Made by a program: the position numbers and the translations under genes. The notes under the pieces are model-generated. The model did not search any database, was not told the origin of the DNA, and was given only the letters and a program-made list of their open reading frames with translations. A stretch of 64,000 bases of DNA from Dehalococcoidia bacterium (GTDB lineage Bacteria; Chloroflexota; Dehalococcoidia; Lucifugimonadales; UBA3495): contig CBDBDN010000005.1 in NCBI GenBank assembly GCA_965203855.1, forward strand, positions 463,806 to 527,805. The letters are read 5' to 3'. Positions 19,355-29,227 of this stretch are shown here, piece by piece. The first letter of the stretch is position 1. Each line of letters opens with the position of its first letter.

Positions 19355-19576
19355 ATGCCGCACGCGGCGCGAGACTGGAAAATAGGGGCGCGCGACAGAA
19401 TAAAGCGCAGCCCCGAACTGCATCTGGAGACCGTGCAGGAAGTACGGGAACTGCTGGCATCCGGGAATGTCTCAGACGCAAGGACGGCGCGCCGGATCGC
19501 GCGCGATTTGCTGGAGCTGGATTTCGCTAACGACTCCGAACTGCTGGCGCAGCTGCGCCAGCCGGCCGTCGTCTGA
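19355..19576 (+). CDS. putative short antitoxin
   Basis: Starts 2 bp after the toxin stop with GGAGG RBS; resembles the N-terminal half of addiction antidote proteins. Confidence 0.55.
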   Translation: MPHAARDWKIGARDRIKRSPELHLETVQEVRELLASGNVSDARTARRIARDLLELDFANDSELLAQLRQPAVV

Positions 19577-19662
19577 TTCCTCTCCCGCTGCCCATTTCCG
19601 TTGCCCATTTCCCAGCAATTCTGAACACGAAAACAAACACGAACACCAAGGGAGGACCTACT

Positions 19663-20037
19663 ATGCGCGTAGTACGCATTGCCAATGTAGAACACGTACC
19701 GCTGGGGCCGGCCGAGCCGGTTCCGGGATGGACGGGCGGCGAAGTGCATCGCAGCCGCCAGCCTATCATCGGCGAGGGGCAGAGCGAGTTTTTCAATGCC
19801 AGCGTGGTCAATTTCCAGACCGGAGCGCAAACCGGCTGGCATCGCCACAGCAGCGACCAGATTCTGGTTATCACGCTGGGCAACGGCATCGTCGCCGACG
19901 AAACTCAGGAGATTGAAGTCGGCGTGGGCGATGTGGTGCATATCAAGGCGGGCGAAAACCACTGGCACGGTGCCACCGCCAACGGCTATATGGGCCACAT
20001 TACCATCACCACCAACGACAGCACGGCCAGCCGGTAA
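19663..20037 (+). CDS. cupin domain protein
   Basis: GAQTGWHRHSSDQIL..GDVVHIKAGENHWHGA. Confidence 0.92.
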   Translation: MRVVRIANVEHVPLGPAEPVPGWTGGEVHRSRQPIIGEGQSEFFNASVVNFQTGAQTGWHRHSSDQILVITLGNGIVADETQEIEVGVGDVVHIKAGENHWHGATANGYMGHITITTNDSTASR

Positions 20038-20140
20038 GTCGCTGCCCAATTATTGGCATGGATAAAGGGGATGAAAGGGATATAGTCTGATATATCCTGT
20101 TTGTCCGGTATATCCATGCCATACTATTCCAAAGGAGTAA

Positions 20141-20572
20141 ATGGAAATGGACTTGATTGATGAGATTTTGGACAGTGTGAAAACCATTGCCGTAGTGGGT
20201 TTGTCGGACAACCCGGCGCGGGACAGCAATGGCGTTTCGGCCTATATGCAGGCGCGGGGCTACCGCATTATTCCGGTGAACCCGGCACTCAACGGCGCCG
20301 TCGTGCTGGGCGAGCCGTCGTATGGCGATCTGGAAACGGCCGCGGCGGCGGCATCCGAGCAGGGCATCGCTATTGACCTGGTGGATGTGTTCCGGCGCAG
20401 CGAGTTCGCCGGGGCGGTGTCCGATGCCGCCGTAAGCATCGGAGCGCGCTACATCTGGATGCAGGACGGCGTAGTGGACGCAGCGGCGGCGGAACGGGCG
20501 CGCGCCGCCGGCGTCGGCGTGATTATGGACGACTGCATCCTGCGGCAGCACAAACGGCGGCGGGGCGGGTAA
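20141..20572 (+). CDS. CoA-binding protein (YccU-like)
   Basis: TIAVVGLSDNPARDS..GYRIIPVNP..VDVFRRSE..IWMQDG. Confidence 0.92.
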   Translation: MEMDLIDEILDSVKTIAVVGLSDNPARDSNGVSAYMQARGYRIIPVNPALNGAVVLGEPSYGDLETAAAAASEQGIAIDLVDVFRRSEFAGAVSDAAVSIGARYIWMQDGVVDAAAAERARAAGVGVIMDDCILRQHKRRRGG

Positions 20573-20593
20573 CGGCAGACCGCCGTATCCGGC

Positions 20594-20820
20594 GTGTCGG
20601 AAGCGCAATTATGCGGTACTGACAATCCGTTTCCGGGAATGAATCCGTATTTGGAACGCCGGGACATCCGGCCGAATTTTCATGAACGACTGCCAGCGGC
20701 AACAGCCAATGAACTGGGGCCGCAACTGCCCGACAATTGCCGCATTGCTATGCACCGGCGAGTTGAAGTTGCCAAGCAGGCCGGCCTGACGCCGTCAAAA
20801 TCAATGTCCAGCCCGGTTAT
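20594..20820 (+). pseudogene. DUF4058-family N-terminal fragment
   Basis: NPFPGMNPYLE..FHERL..LGPQLP; similarity fades after about 60 aa. Confidence 0.6.
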
Positions 20821-20858
20821 AATCAGACGGAAGTTCCCAACCGCCAGGGAGGCACGCC

Positions 20859-21404
20859 ATCAAACCATCGGACAACTCACCGCCGGACAATGCGCGCCAA
20901 CCGCTACGCATCAACCTGAAACGCAAGAGTTTCTGGGCACTGCCGGCTATCATCCTAGTTACCGCCGCCTATCAGATTTTCGGCTTTGAGCTGCGCCTGC
21001 CGGTTCCCCAGCACTGGCTACTAAACGCCATCGTTTCCGCAATCAACGACCAGTTCAACGACCGCCGTCTTACCGCCTACATCACGCTGGCCGCCGGGGC
21101 ATTCGCCTACTGGATGGCCAGAGAGAACTTCCCCTACATCCTCAAGGAGGCACTGCACATGGGCATCAAAACTTTCATTCGCAATATCCAACAGGAAGTT
21201 GAGGATGAAATCAAAGATGGGCTCAGGGCTGAAGGCCGGGTCGAGGGCCGGGCCGAAGGCCGGGTTGAAGGCCGGGTTGAAGGCCGGGCCGAAACTCTCG
21301 ATGAACTGCGGGCTATGCCGCCGCATGAAGCACTCGCCAGGCTGGGCCATCACAACGGCGACCCGGAGGAGCATTCCGACAACGGCAAGTCGTCGCAGGG
21401 CTAA
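20859..21404 (+). CDS. hypothetical membrane protein with (EGRx)n tail; start uncertain
   Basis: Frame of ORF 21114-21404 is open from 20823 with hydrophobic FWALPAIILVTAAYQIFGF and YITLAAGAFAYW; GGAGG precedes ATC at 20859; internal AAGGAGG before ATG 21159. Confidence 0.5.
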   Translation: MKPSDNSPPDNARQPLRINLKRKSFWALPAIILVTAAYQIFGFELRLPVPQHWLLNAIVSAINDQFNDRRLTAYITLAAGAFAYWMARENFPYILKEALHMGIKTFIRNIQQEVEDEIKDGLRAEGRVEGRAEGRVEGRVEGRAETLDELRAMPPHEALARLGHHNGDPEEHSDNGKSSQG

Positions 21405-21451
21405 ACCGGGACGCCGGCCAGCGACTGCTGCATCCACAAGGGGCGTTGCAC

Positions 21452-21745
21452 ATGGGCATCAGATCTTTCATTCGCAATATCCAACAGGAAGTTGAGGATG
21501 AAATGCGGGCAGAGCGCAAGGCGGAAGGCCGGGACGAGGGATTTGCCCAAGGCCGGGCGGAAGGGTTTGCCGAAGGCTGGGCCGAGGGGTTTGCCCAAGG
21601 CCAAGCCGAAGTTCTCCAAGAACTCCGGTCTATGCCGCTCCGCGAAGCGCTTACTATGTTGGGCCGCCACGATGCGATCGCCATGCTGGACCGCGACGAC
21701 GGCGAGCCGGAGCATTCCGACAACGGCAAGTCGCCGCAGGATTAA
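21452..21745 (+). CDS. stand-alone copy of the (EGRx)n C-terminal module
   Basis: MGIRSFIRNIQQEVEDE..EGRDEGFAQGRAEG..EHSDNGKS, paralogous to 21159-21404. Confidence 0.6.
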   Translation: MGIRSFIRNIQQEVEDEMRAERKAEGRDEGFAQGRAEGFAEGWAEGFAQGQAEVLQELRSMPLREALTMLGRHDAIAMLDRDDGEPEHSDNGKSPQD

Positions 21746-21832
21746 TCCGGGACGCATCCCGAACAGCAAGCCGGCCGGCGCTGCGACTCGGCAACGCCGG
21801 CATCTATTGCCACGCTAAGCAGGGGCGTAAGG

Positions 21833-23221
21833 ATGTACTTTTTAGCGACCTACACGCGTCAATTTGCCGCCGCAACCATAGCGGCTTTGCTGTGCGCCGT
21901 GTTGGCTTTAGCCGGGTGTGCGCCGAACCCGGCGGCCCGCGATGCGGATACGCAGGCGGCAATCGCCGATGCGGTGGCAGCAACCATCGCCGCGCAGCAG
22001 ACGGCAGCTACGCTCAGCCCGGCCGGCGCAGCGGATGCCGCCGCGCCGACACTGGCGCCGCCCCCGACGCCCATCTCCATAGCAACTCCGACGGTGGCGC
22101 CACCATATCGGCGCAGTTGACTTTAATCGCCCCTACCGCTACTCCGACTGCGGTTCCCACTGCTACACCGCGTCCCACCGCTACTCCGACGCCCCGCCCT
22201 ACTTTTACGCCGCTCCCGACGGCTACGCCGACGCGCCGGCCCACCCCAACCCCGGCTTATCGCCCGCCTGCCACTGGCGAACTGCTATTCCGCCCATTGG
22301 GATAAATGGGGTTTCAAGCCGCTGTACCGCTACGCTTTGACCGGGGGCGACCAGTACGCCGCCGAAAACATGAGCGGCATTGACTACTGTCCCAAGCAAT
22401 CCGACCGCTACCGGCTAAACACGCCGGCCCGCTGGGAATCCGAAGTGCGGGAAACGGTGCAGGGCTGGATTGGCAACTCCGTCCACCATCGCAATCTGAT
22501 TAACCCGGCGCACCGGGTGATGCACGCCGGCATCGCAATCGGCAAGTGGAGCACGGCGATGGCGCAAGTTTTCAGCGGCGACTATGTGCGCTGGACGCGT
22601 ACTCCGTCCATATCCGAAGGCCAGTTAAAGTTTGCCGGGGAGTTTATCAATGGCGCTTTCTATGACGATGATGATGATTATATTCTGGCTACACTGAACT
22701 ATCATCAGCCGACGCACACTCTTACTCAAGGACAATTGTCCGGCACCTATTGCTTGGCAAGCGACATTAGGGTAGCCCACTTTTATAGACCGCTACGGGA
22801 AGGGTGGCACTACATTGACGAGGAAACCGGGGCGGAATTCAAAGATCTTACTACTTATACCTATCAGAACAGCCGGTGCGTCAATCCTTACGAACTGCCG
22901 GCAGACCGTCCGTCGCCGGACTCGGGGGACGCTGCCAGCGCGCAGTACGCCGCAGCAAAAGAACTATCCCTCGCGATGCCGGATGTAGAAAGCACTAACT
23001 ACATAATCGTTGCCGATGAGTTGAGCATCAGCAGCGACGGGTTGCGGTTCACCGTCAAGGTCAATTTATCGCCCGCGCTGTCGCATTATGGCCCCGGCAT
23101 CTACACCGTCATTTTATGGGCTAATGTGCCGGATGGGGAAAAGCGCGGCGGCAGCAGCGACCGGGTTGCGGCATACCCCATCTGGTGGCATACCCAACCG
23201 ACGGCGGGGCATCCGTACTGA
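21833..23221 (+). pseudogene. lipoprotein with Pro/Thr-rich linker and CAP(SCP)-like domain, fragmented
   Basis: Lipobox LAGC, (PTAT)n linker, AEN..VQGWIGNSVHHRNLINPAH..GIA; split over ORFs 21833-22120, 21892-22305 and 22337-23221. Confidence 0.65.
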
Positions 23222-23388
23222 CTGATGACGGCGGCGGCGGTGCGGGCGCATCCCGCCATCTTTCTGGTATGATGCTGCCGACGACGCGCCCCGCCCCCGC
23301 CGGCCGGCTACGGACTCGGCCCGGCTCAATCCGGTACAATTCCAAAATCTGTTACTGCGGCGGCGCGCCGGCCTATGGAGGCTTGGCT

Positions 23389-24330
23389 ATGACCGTGATG
23401 GTAACCGGCGGCACCGGATTTATCGGCAACCGCATCATCCGCAAGCTGGCGGAACGGGGCGAAAATGTCCTCTGCTTTGACCTGGCGCCGCCCCGCGCCA
23501 GCCTGCAATCTCTGCTGGATCGCATCGCCGTCTATCGGGGCGATGTTACCCGTCTGGACCACCTGCTGGAGGCCGTCCATCAGCACGGAGTTGAGCGCAT
23601 CATTCATATGGCGGCGCTGCTGCCGCCCGACACCGAGGAGCGCCCCGCTACCGGAATGGCCGTCAACATTGACGGGACTAACAACATTTTTGAGGCGGCC
23701 CGCTGGGGCGGCGTCAAGCGCGTAGTCTATGCCAGCAGCATCGCCGTGTACGGCATCCAGGATACTTTCGGCGACCGTCCGCTTACTGAGGACGACCTGC
23801 CGGCGCCCGTCAATGTGTACGGGATGACCAAGGCGGTGAACGACTTCGCCGCCGCGCGTTATCGCGCGCTGCACGGGCTGGACCTGCGGGGCATCCGCAT
23901 CTGCACGGTGTTTGGACACGGGCGGGTTACCGGAATGACGGGGATGATTGGCGGCCTGATGATGTCGCTGCCAGCGATTGGGCAGCCGGTAAGTATGGAT
24001 TTTGACCCGCTGGAAGCGTCGCCGATGATCCATGCGGAGGACGCCGCCGAGATATTCGTCCGCGCCGCGCTGGCCGACCGGCTGAACCACAACATTTATA
24101 TCAGCGGCGGAGAGCTGGCGACTATCGCCGATGTGGCCGACATGGTGCGGGGCTACATTCCAGACGCCAGCATCACGACGGGCAACCGTCCCGTTCCCCA
24201 TGTGTATCTGGTGGACAACAGCCGGATGATGGCCGATTTAGGCTACGAGCTGCCGCCGCTGCGGATGCGGGTGCTGGATCATATTAACGACGCCCGCGCC
24301 GAGGCCGGGTTGGCGCCGATTGGCGGGTAG
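23389..24330 (+). CDS. NAD-dependent epimerase/dehydratase
   Basis: VTGGTGFIG, YASSIAVYG, YGMTK. Confidence 0.92.
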   Translation: MTVMVTGGTGFIGNRIIRKLAERGENVLCFDLAPPRASLQSLLDRIAVYRGDVTRLDHLLEAVHQHGVERIIHMAALLPPDTEERPATGMAVNIDGTNNIFEAARWGGVKRVVYASSIAVYGIQDTFGDRPLTEDDLPAPVNVYGMTKAVNDFAAARYRALHGLDLRGIRICTVFGHGRVTGMTGMIGGLMMSLPAIGQPVSMDFDPLEASPMIHAEDAAEIFVRAALADRLNHNIYISGGELATIADVADMVRGYIPDASITTGNRPVPHVYLVDNSRMMADLGYELPPLRMRVLDHINDARAEAGLAPIGG

Positions 24331-24371
24331 GGCGGCGGAATTTCCATATATCGGGCGCGTGGTCATATTCG

Positions 24372-24466
24372 CCGTCATTCCGGCGCAAACCGGAATCTAT
24401 GCTTGTCGGCTCTATTACCGCAGCAGAGGATTACGACGCCGGATTCCGGCTTGCTCCGGAATGACG
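24372..24466. repeat. REP doublet (REPIN-like)
   Basis: Two inverted palindromic units around the linker TATG..TCTATTACCGCAG..GATTACGACGCC. Confidence 0.85.
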
Positions 24467-24535
24467 AAAAGTTAGACCGCCTAGTTTGCTACAATGATGG
24501 CAAAAGAGCCGGATGCAAGGCGAGGTGATTTTCTG

Positions 24536-25144
24536 ATGAGCAAGAGCATAGAACTCCGCGCCGCGCCGGATGCCATCGGCCAATTTTGTCAGCGGCGCCG
24601 GATCCGGCGGCTGACCCGGCTGGACAAACCGGTGCGCCCTGGCAGCGCGGCGGCGTTTCTGGTGGAGTTTCTGCCGGCCGACATACCGCCGCTGGCCGAG
24701 CTGGCGGCGATGGAGAACGAAATCGCCGGCATCCTGGAACAGCCCGTCGACCTGCATCTGCACATCCGGGGGTTTTGCACCGGCGATATTTCGCCGCACG
24801 GCAAAATCGCCTACGACCGGGCGCACTACATGAAGTTTGACATCCCCAAAGACAAAATCGCCAGGCTCTGTGAGCGGTACGGCGTCAAGCGGCTGGCTAC
24901 GATCCAGCATCCGCGGCGCGGTGCCATCATCAACGACAGCGATCTGGACTTTATCGCCGAGTCGGATCCCTATACCGGCGCCGGGAGCGGGGTGGACTGG
25001 TTTCGTCTATCGGGCGAACTGAACCGGTTACTGAGCTATCCTGTTGACATCCGGCAGGTGGACAACATCGCAGCATGGGAACAGGAAACTGTCAGCAGAG
25101 GCCGGGCCAACAAAGCGGCGGTGTTGTATGAACGACCGCACTGA
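24536..25144 (+). CDS. tandem duplicated MNT (minimal nucleotidyltransferase)-like antitoxin
   Basis: Two units: IGQFCQRRRIRRL..LVEF..ILEQPVDL and IARLCERYGVKRL..DSDLDF..LLSYPVDI. Confidence 0.7.
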   Translation: MSKSIELRAAPDAIGQFCQRRRIRRLTRLDKPVRPGSAAAFLVEFLPADIPPLAELAAMENEIAGILEQPVDLHLHIRGFCTGDISPHGKIAYDRAHYMKFDIPKDKIARLCERYGVKRLATIQHPRRGAIINDSDLDFIAESDPYTGAGSGVDWFRLSGELNRLLSYPVDIRQVDNIAAWEQETVSRGRANKAAVLYERPH

Positions 25145-25463
25145 CGCCGAACTGCGGGACGACATTTTTCAGTACGCCGGGGATGCGCTTGAAATGCTCG
25201 GCAACTCTACCTACGCGGATTTTCTAAATGACCTCACCCTGCGCTCCGCCATTTTCTATATGGTGGGCGTAATTGGCGAAGCTGCCAGCAAAACATCCGC
25301 ATCCGGACGCCAGCAGTATCCAGGCGAACATTGGCTACGCTTTCGGAGCCTACGGAATATACTGGTTCACGAGTACTACTCGGTGAAACCGGACGAAATC
25401 TACGAAGCGACGACCGCGCATTTGCCGGCGTTCATCGCCGCATTGCAACCCCAAGTCATTTAG
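25128..25463 (+). CDS. HepT/DUF86 HEPN ribonuclease toxin
   Basis: VIGEAA..W..LRNILVHEYY (RX4HXY motif). Confidence 0.88.
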   Translation: MNDRTDAELRDDIFQYAGDALEMLGNSTYADFLNDLTLRSAIFYMVGVIGEAASKTSASGRQQYPGEHWLRFRSLRNILVHEYYSVKPDEIYEATTAHLPAFIAALQPQVI

Positions 25464-25488
25464 GATAAGAATAAGGAGGCCAACTATT

Positions 25489-26430
25489 ATGAGCGTTGCC
25501 ATCGGGTATGTCCCCGGCGCATTCGGGCAAGGGGGCGACGACCCCAATTTTCTCCGCACCCTGGTGGAGCTGGGCGACCAGTACGAGTACGATTCCATCT
25601 GGCTCAGCGACCGCATTTGCAGCGAAAAGTTCAGCCTGGAGCCGATGGTGGCTCTGTCGCTGGTCGCCGGCTACTCCGACCGCCTCAAGTTTGGCACCAG
25701 CGTGCTGGCGCTGCCGCTCCGCAACCCCGTAGTGCTGGCCAAGCAGGTGGCTACGCTGGACTGGCTGTCGCAAGGCCGCTTTTTCCCGGCCGTCGGCCTG
25801 GGGCAGGAAGATCCGGACGAGTACGAAGCCTGCGGCGTTCCCAAGGCGGACCGCGCCCGCCGCACGGACGAAGCTATAACGCTGATGCGCCGTCTGTGGG
25901 AAGAGGAATATGTTACCCACGAGGGCGACTTTTTCAGCACGCATAATGTGTCGGTAACGCCGCGCACTTTCCTGAAGCCCTCACCGCCGGTATGGATTGG
26001 CGGACGCAGCCCGGCGGCGGCCCGGCGCGTCGGCCGCGTCGGCGACGGCTGGCTGGTATCCAGCGCCACGCCCGCCGAAGTGCGCGCCGGCCGGGAAATC
26101 GTCTTTGAAACGGCGCAGCAGTACGACCGGGAGATTGAGGAGGACCATGTTGGCGTCCTTATCGGCTACTACATCAGCGACGACCGGACGGCGGGAGAGG
26201 CCAAATCCGAGCAGTTCGTAACCCGGCACCGGCCCGACGCGCACTTTACCGAGTACTCGGCCATCGGCACCAGTGAGCAGATCGGCGACTTCATCCAGCA
26301 GTACATTGACGCCGGCGGGTTCAAGTTCGTCATCCGGCCCCTGTGCGCCGGCGCCGAGTCTATGGAGCAGCTGGAACAAGCCGGCGCGGAAATACTGCCC
26401 CGGTTCCACGGCCCGCGCGCCGTCGCATAG
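25489..26430 (+). CDS. LLM-class flavin/F420-dependent oxidoreductase
   Basis: SIWLSD, FGTSVLALPLRNPVVLAKQVATLD..GR, PPVWIGG. Confidence 0.92.
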   Translation: MSVAIGYVPGAFGQGGDDPNFLRTLVELGDQYEYDSIWLSDRICSEKFSLEPMVALSLVAGYSDRLKFGTSVLALPLRNPVVLAKQVATLDWLSQGRFFPAVGLGQEDPDEYEACGVPKADRARRTDEAITLMRRLWEEEYVTHEGDFFSTHNVSVTPRTFLKPSPPVWIGGRSPAAARRVGRVGDGWLVSSATPAEVRAGREIVFETAQQYDREIEEDHVGVLIGYYISDDRTAGEAKSEQFVTRHRPDAHFTEYSAIGTSEQIGDFIQQYIDAGGFKFVIRPLCAGAESMEQLEQAGAEILPRFHGPRAVA

Positions 26431-26446
26431 CCGGCAGGAGGCCAAG

Positions 26447-27094
26447 ATGACTACCGCAACCGTTGCCCCTACGGCGGCCCCTGCCGCCGTCAAACCCAAG
26501 CTACGCGCCGGCATCCGGATGTCGCTGGACGAGTTCCTCGCCCTCGGCGAAACCGACGGCTGCCAGGAACTGGACGACGGAGTGCTTCACATAATGCCAT
26601 CAGCCAGCCCGGATCACCAGTTTTTACAGACCGAATTGATTTGGCATCTGGTGAGCTATTTCAGGGGTTTTCAGGAACCGCCGGCATTGCTGTTCCCGGA
26701 TACGACGGTCGTACTGTCCCGGGAGCAGCAGCGCGTACCGGAGCCGGATCTGGCAATTATCCTCAACGAGCGGGCCGGCATAATTGGACGGAGCCGGATT
26801 GAAGGAGCGCCGGACATCGTGGTGGAAATCCTTTCATCCGATCGGATTCGGGATCTAGTGTACAAGCGGCGCATCTACGCCGAGGCCGGCGTCAAAGAGT
26901 ACTGGATTGTTGACCCGCGCCACGATACGGTTCTGCCGTTAGCTTTGCAGGACGGGGCCTATGCGGAACGGCAGCCGCTTGGCCCCGGCGACACGCTGTC
27001 CACGCCGCTGCTCCCCGGCCTGGCCATACCGCTGGCCGATCTGTTCCAGCATCGCCGCCGTCCGCACCGGGACGACGCCGCGGACAACGAATGA
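26447..27094 (+). CDS. Uma2-family PD-(D/E)XK-like endonuclease, copy 1
   Basis: EL..G, HQ, EPDL, APDIVVEILS, YAEAGVKEYWIVDP. Confidence 0.92.
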   Translation: MTTATVAPTAAPAAVKPKLRAGIRMSLDEFLALGETDGCQELDDGVLHIMPSASPDHQFLQTELIWHLVSYFRGFQEPPALLFPDTTVVLSREQQRVPEPDLAIILNERAGIIGRSRIEGAPDIVVEILSSDRIRDLVYKRRIYAEAGVKEYWIVDPRHDTVLPLALQDGAYAERQPLGPGDTLSTPLLPGLAIPLADLFQHRRRPHRDDAADNE

Positions 27095-27143
27095 CCACAG
27101 CAATGACGCCGGACTATCCCAACTGCGCCGGCAGGAGGCCAAG

Positions 27144-27791
27144 ATGACTACCGCAACCGTTGCCCCTACGGCGGCCCCTGCCGCCGTCAAACCCAAGCTA
27201 CGCACCGGCATCCGGATGTCGCTGGACGAGTTCCTCGCCCTCGGCGAAACCGACGAGCGCCTGGAACTTTTCGGCGGAGTGCTTTACCTGATGTCCACAC
27301 CCACCAAAGACCACCAATTCCTGATGGGGCAGCTGTCATTTCACTTTGAATTGTATCTTGACAGGTTCGAGCAGCCCCCGGCGGAAGTGTACATGGACAT
27401 AACCACCATCCTGTCGGTATCGCTGCAAAATGCAGTTGAGCCGGATCTAGTTGTCATCCTCAGCGGGCGCAGCGACATTGGAGGGCGCATCCATGTTGAG
27501 GGCGTGCCGGATATTGCCGTGGAAATCTTGTCATCAGACCGCAGCCATGACCTGGTGTACAAGCGGCGCATCTACGCCGAAGCCGGCGTCAAAGAGTACT
27601 GGATTGTTGACCCGCGCCACGATACGGTTCTGCCGTTAGCCTTGCAGGACGGGGCCTATGCGGAACGGCAGCCGCTTGGCCCCGGCGACACGCTGTCCAC
27701 GCCGCTGCTGCCCGGACTCGCCATACCGCTGTCGGAGCTGTTCCAGCACCGCCGCCGTCCGCACCGGGACGACGCCGGGGATAACGAATGA
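27144..27791 (+). CDS. Uma2-family endonuclease, copy 2
   Basis: Same motifs; GGAGG RBS. Confidence 0.92.
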   Translation: MTTATVAPTAAPAAVKPKLRTGIRMSLDEFLALGETDERLELFGGVLYLMSTPTKDHQFLMGQLSFHFELYLDRFEQPPAEVYMDITTILSVSLQNAVEPDLVVILSGRSDIGGRIHVEGVPDIAVEILSSDRSHDLVYKRRIYAEAGVKEYWIVDPRHDTVLPLALQDGAYAERQPLGPGDTLSTPLLPGLAIPLSELFQHRRRPHRDDAGDNE

Positions 27792-27861
27792 CTGCGCGGA
27801 ATGAACGAACAAACGCAGCAATGACGCCCGCTTGCCCCAAGTGCGCCGGCCGGAGGCCAAT

Positions 27862-28509
27862 ATGACTACCGCAACCGTTACCCCTACGGCGGCCCCTGCC
27901 GCCGTCAAACCCATGCTACGCACCGGCGCCCGGATGTCGCTGGACGAGTTCCTCGCCCTCGGCGAGACCGACGAGCGCCTGGAACTTTTCGGCGGAGCGC
28001 TTTATCTGATGTCCACACCTACCAAAGACCACCAATTCCTGATGGGGGAATTGTACCTTTATCTTGCGCTGTACCTGAACGGCTTCGCATTGCCCCCGGC
28101 GGAAGTGTATCAGGACATAACCACCATCCTGTCGGTATCGCTGCAAAATGCCGTTGAGCCGGATCTGGTCGTCATCCTCAGCGGGCGCAGCGACATTGGA
28201 GGGCGCATCCATGTTGAGGGCGTGCCGGATATTGCTGTGGAAATCCTGTCCTCCGACCGCAGCCATGACCTGGTGTACAAGCGGCGCATCTACGCCGAAG
28301 CCGGCGTCAAAGAGTACTGGATTGTTGACCCGCGCCACGATACGGTTCTGCCGTTAGCCTTGCAGGACGGAGCCTATGCGGAACGGCAGCCGCTTGGCCC
28401 CGGCGACACGCTGTCCACGCCGCTGCTGCCCGGACTCGCCATACCGCTGGCTGATCTGTTCCAGCACCGCAGGCGTCCAACCCGGGATGACGCCGGGGCC
28501 AATGAATGA
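27862..28509 (+). CDS. Uma2-family endonuclease, copy 3
   Basis: Same motifs; 718 bp after copy 2. Confidence 0.92.
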   Translation: MTTATVTPTAAPAAVKPMLRTGARMSLDEFLALGETDERLELFGGALYLMSTPTKDHQFLMGELYLYLALYLNGFALPPAEVYQDITTILSVSLQNAVEPDLVVILSGRSDIGGRIHVEGVPDIAVEILSSDRSHDLVYKRRIYAEAGVKEYWIVDPRHDTVLPLALQDGAYAERQPLGPGDTLSTPLLPGLAIPLADLFQHRRRPTRDDAGANE

Positions 28510-28579
28510 CTGCGCGGAATGAACGAACAAACGCAGCAATGACGCCCGCTTGCCCGAACTGCGCCGGCCGGAGGCCAAT

Positions 28580-29227
28580 ATGACTACCGCAACCGTTACC
28601 CCTACGGCGGCCCCTGCCGCCGTCAAACCCATGCTACGCACCGGCGCCCGGATGTCGCTGGACGAGTTCCTCGCCCTCGGCGAGACCGACGAGCGCCTGG
28701 AACTTTTCGGCGGAGCGCTTTATCTGATGTCCACACCTACCAAAGACCACCAATTCCTGATGGGGGAATTGTACCTTTATCTTGCGCTGTACCTGAACGG
28801 CTTCGCATTGCCCCCGGCGGAAGTGTATCAGGACATAACCACCATCCTGTCGGTATCGCTGCAAAATGCGGTTGAGCCGGATCTGGTCGTCATCCTCAGC
28901 GGACGCAGCGACATTGGAGGCCGCATCCATGTTGAGGGCGTGCCGGATATTGCTGTGGAAATCCTGTCCTCCGACCGCAGCCATGACCTGGTGTACAAGC
29001 GGCGCGTTTATGCCGAAGCCGGCGTCAAAGAGTACTGGATTGTTGACCCGCGCCACGATACGGTTTTGCCGTTAGCTTTGCAGGACGGGGCCTATGCGGA
29101 ACGCCCGCCGCTTGGCATCGGCGACACGCTGTCCACGCCGCTGCTGCCCGGACTCGCCATACCGCTGTCGGAGCTGTTCCAGCACCGCCGCCGTCCGCAC
29201 CGGGACGACGCCGGGGATAACGAATGA
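28580..29227 (+). CDS. Uma2-family endonuclease, copy 4
   Basis: Same motifs; 718 bp after copy 3. Confidence 0.92.
   Translation: MTTATVTPTAAPAAVKPMLRTGARMSLDEFLALGETDERLELFGGALYLMSTPTKDHQFLMGELYLYLALYLNGFALPPAEVYQDITTILSVSLQNAVEPDLVVILSGRSDIGGRIHVEGVPDIAVEILSSDRSHDLVYKRRVYAEAGVKEYWIVDPRHDTVLPLALQDGAYAERPPLGIGDTLSTPLLPGLAIPLSELFQHRRRPHRDDAGDNE

Noticed and set aside
26447-29227. Diversity-generating retroelement behind the Uma2 variation
   Set aside because: No reverse transcriptase in the window and differences are not restricted to adenines.
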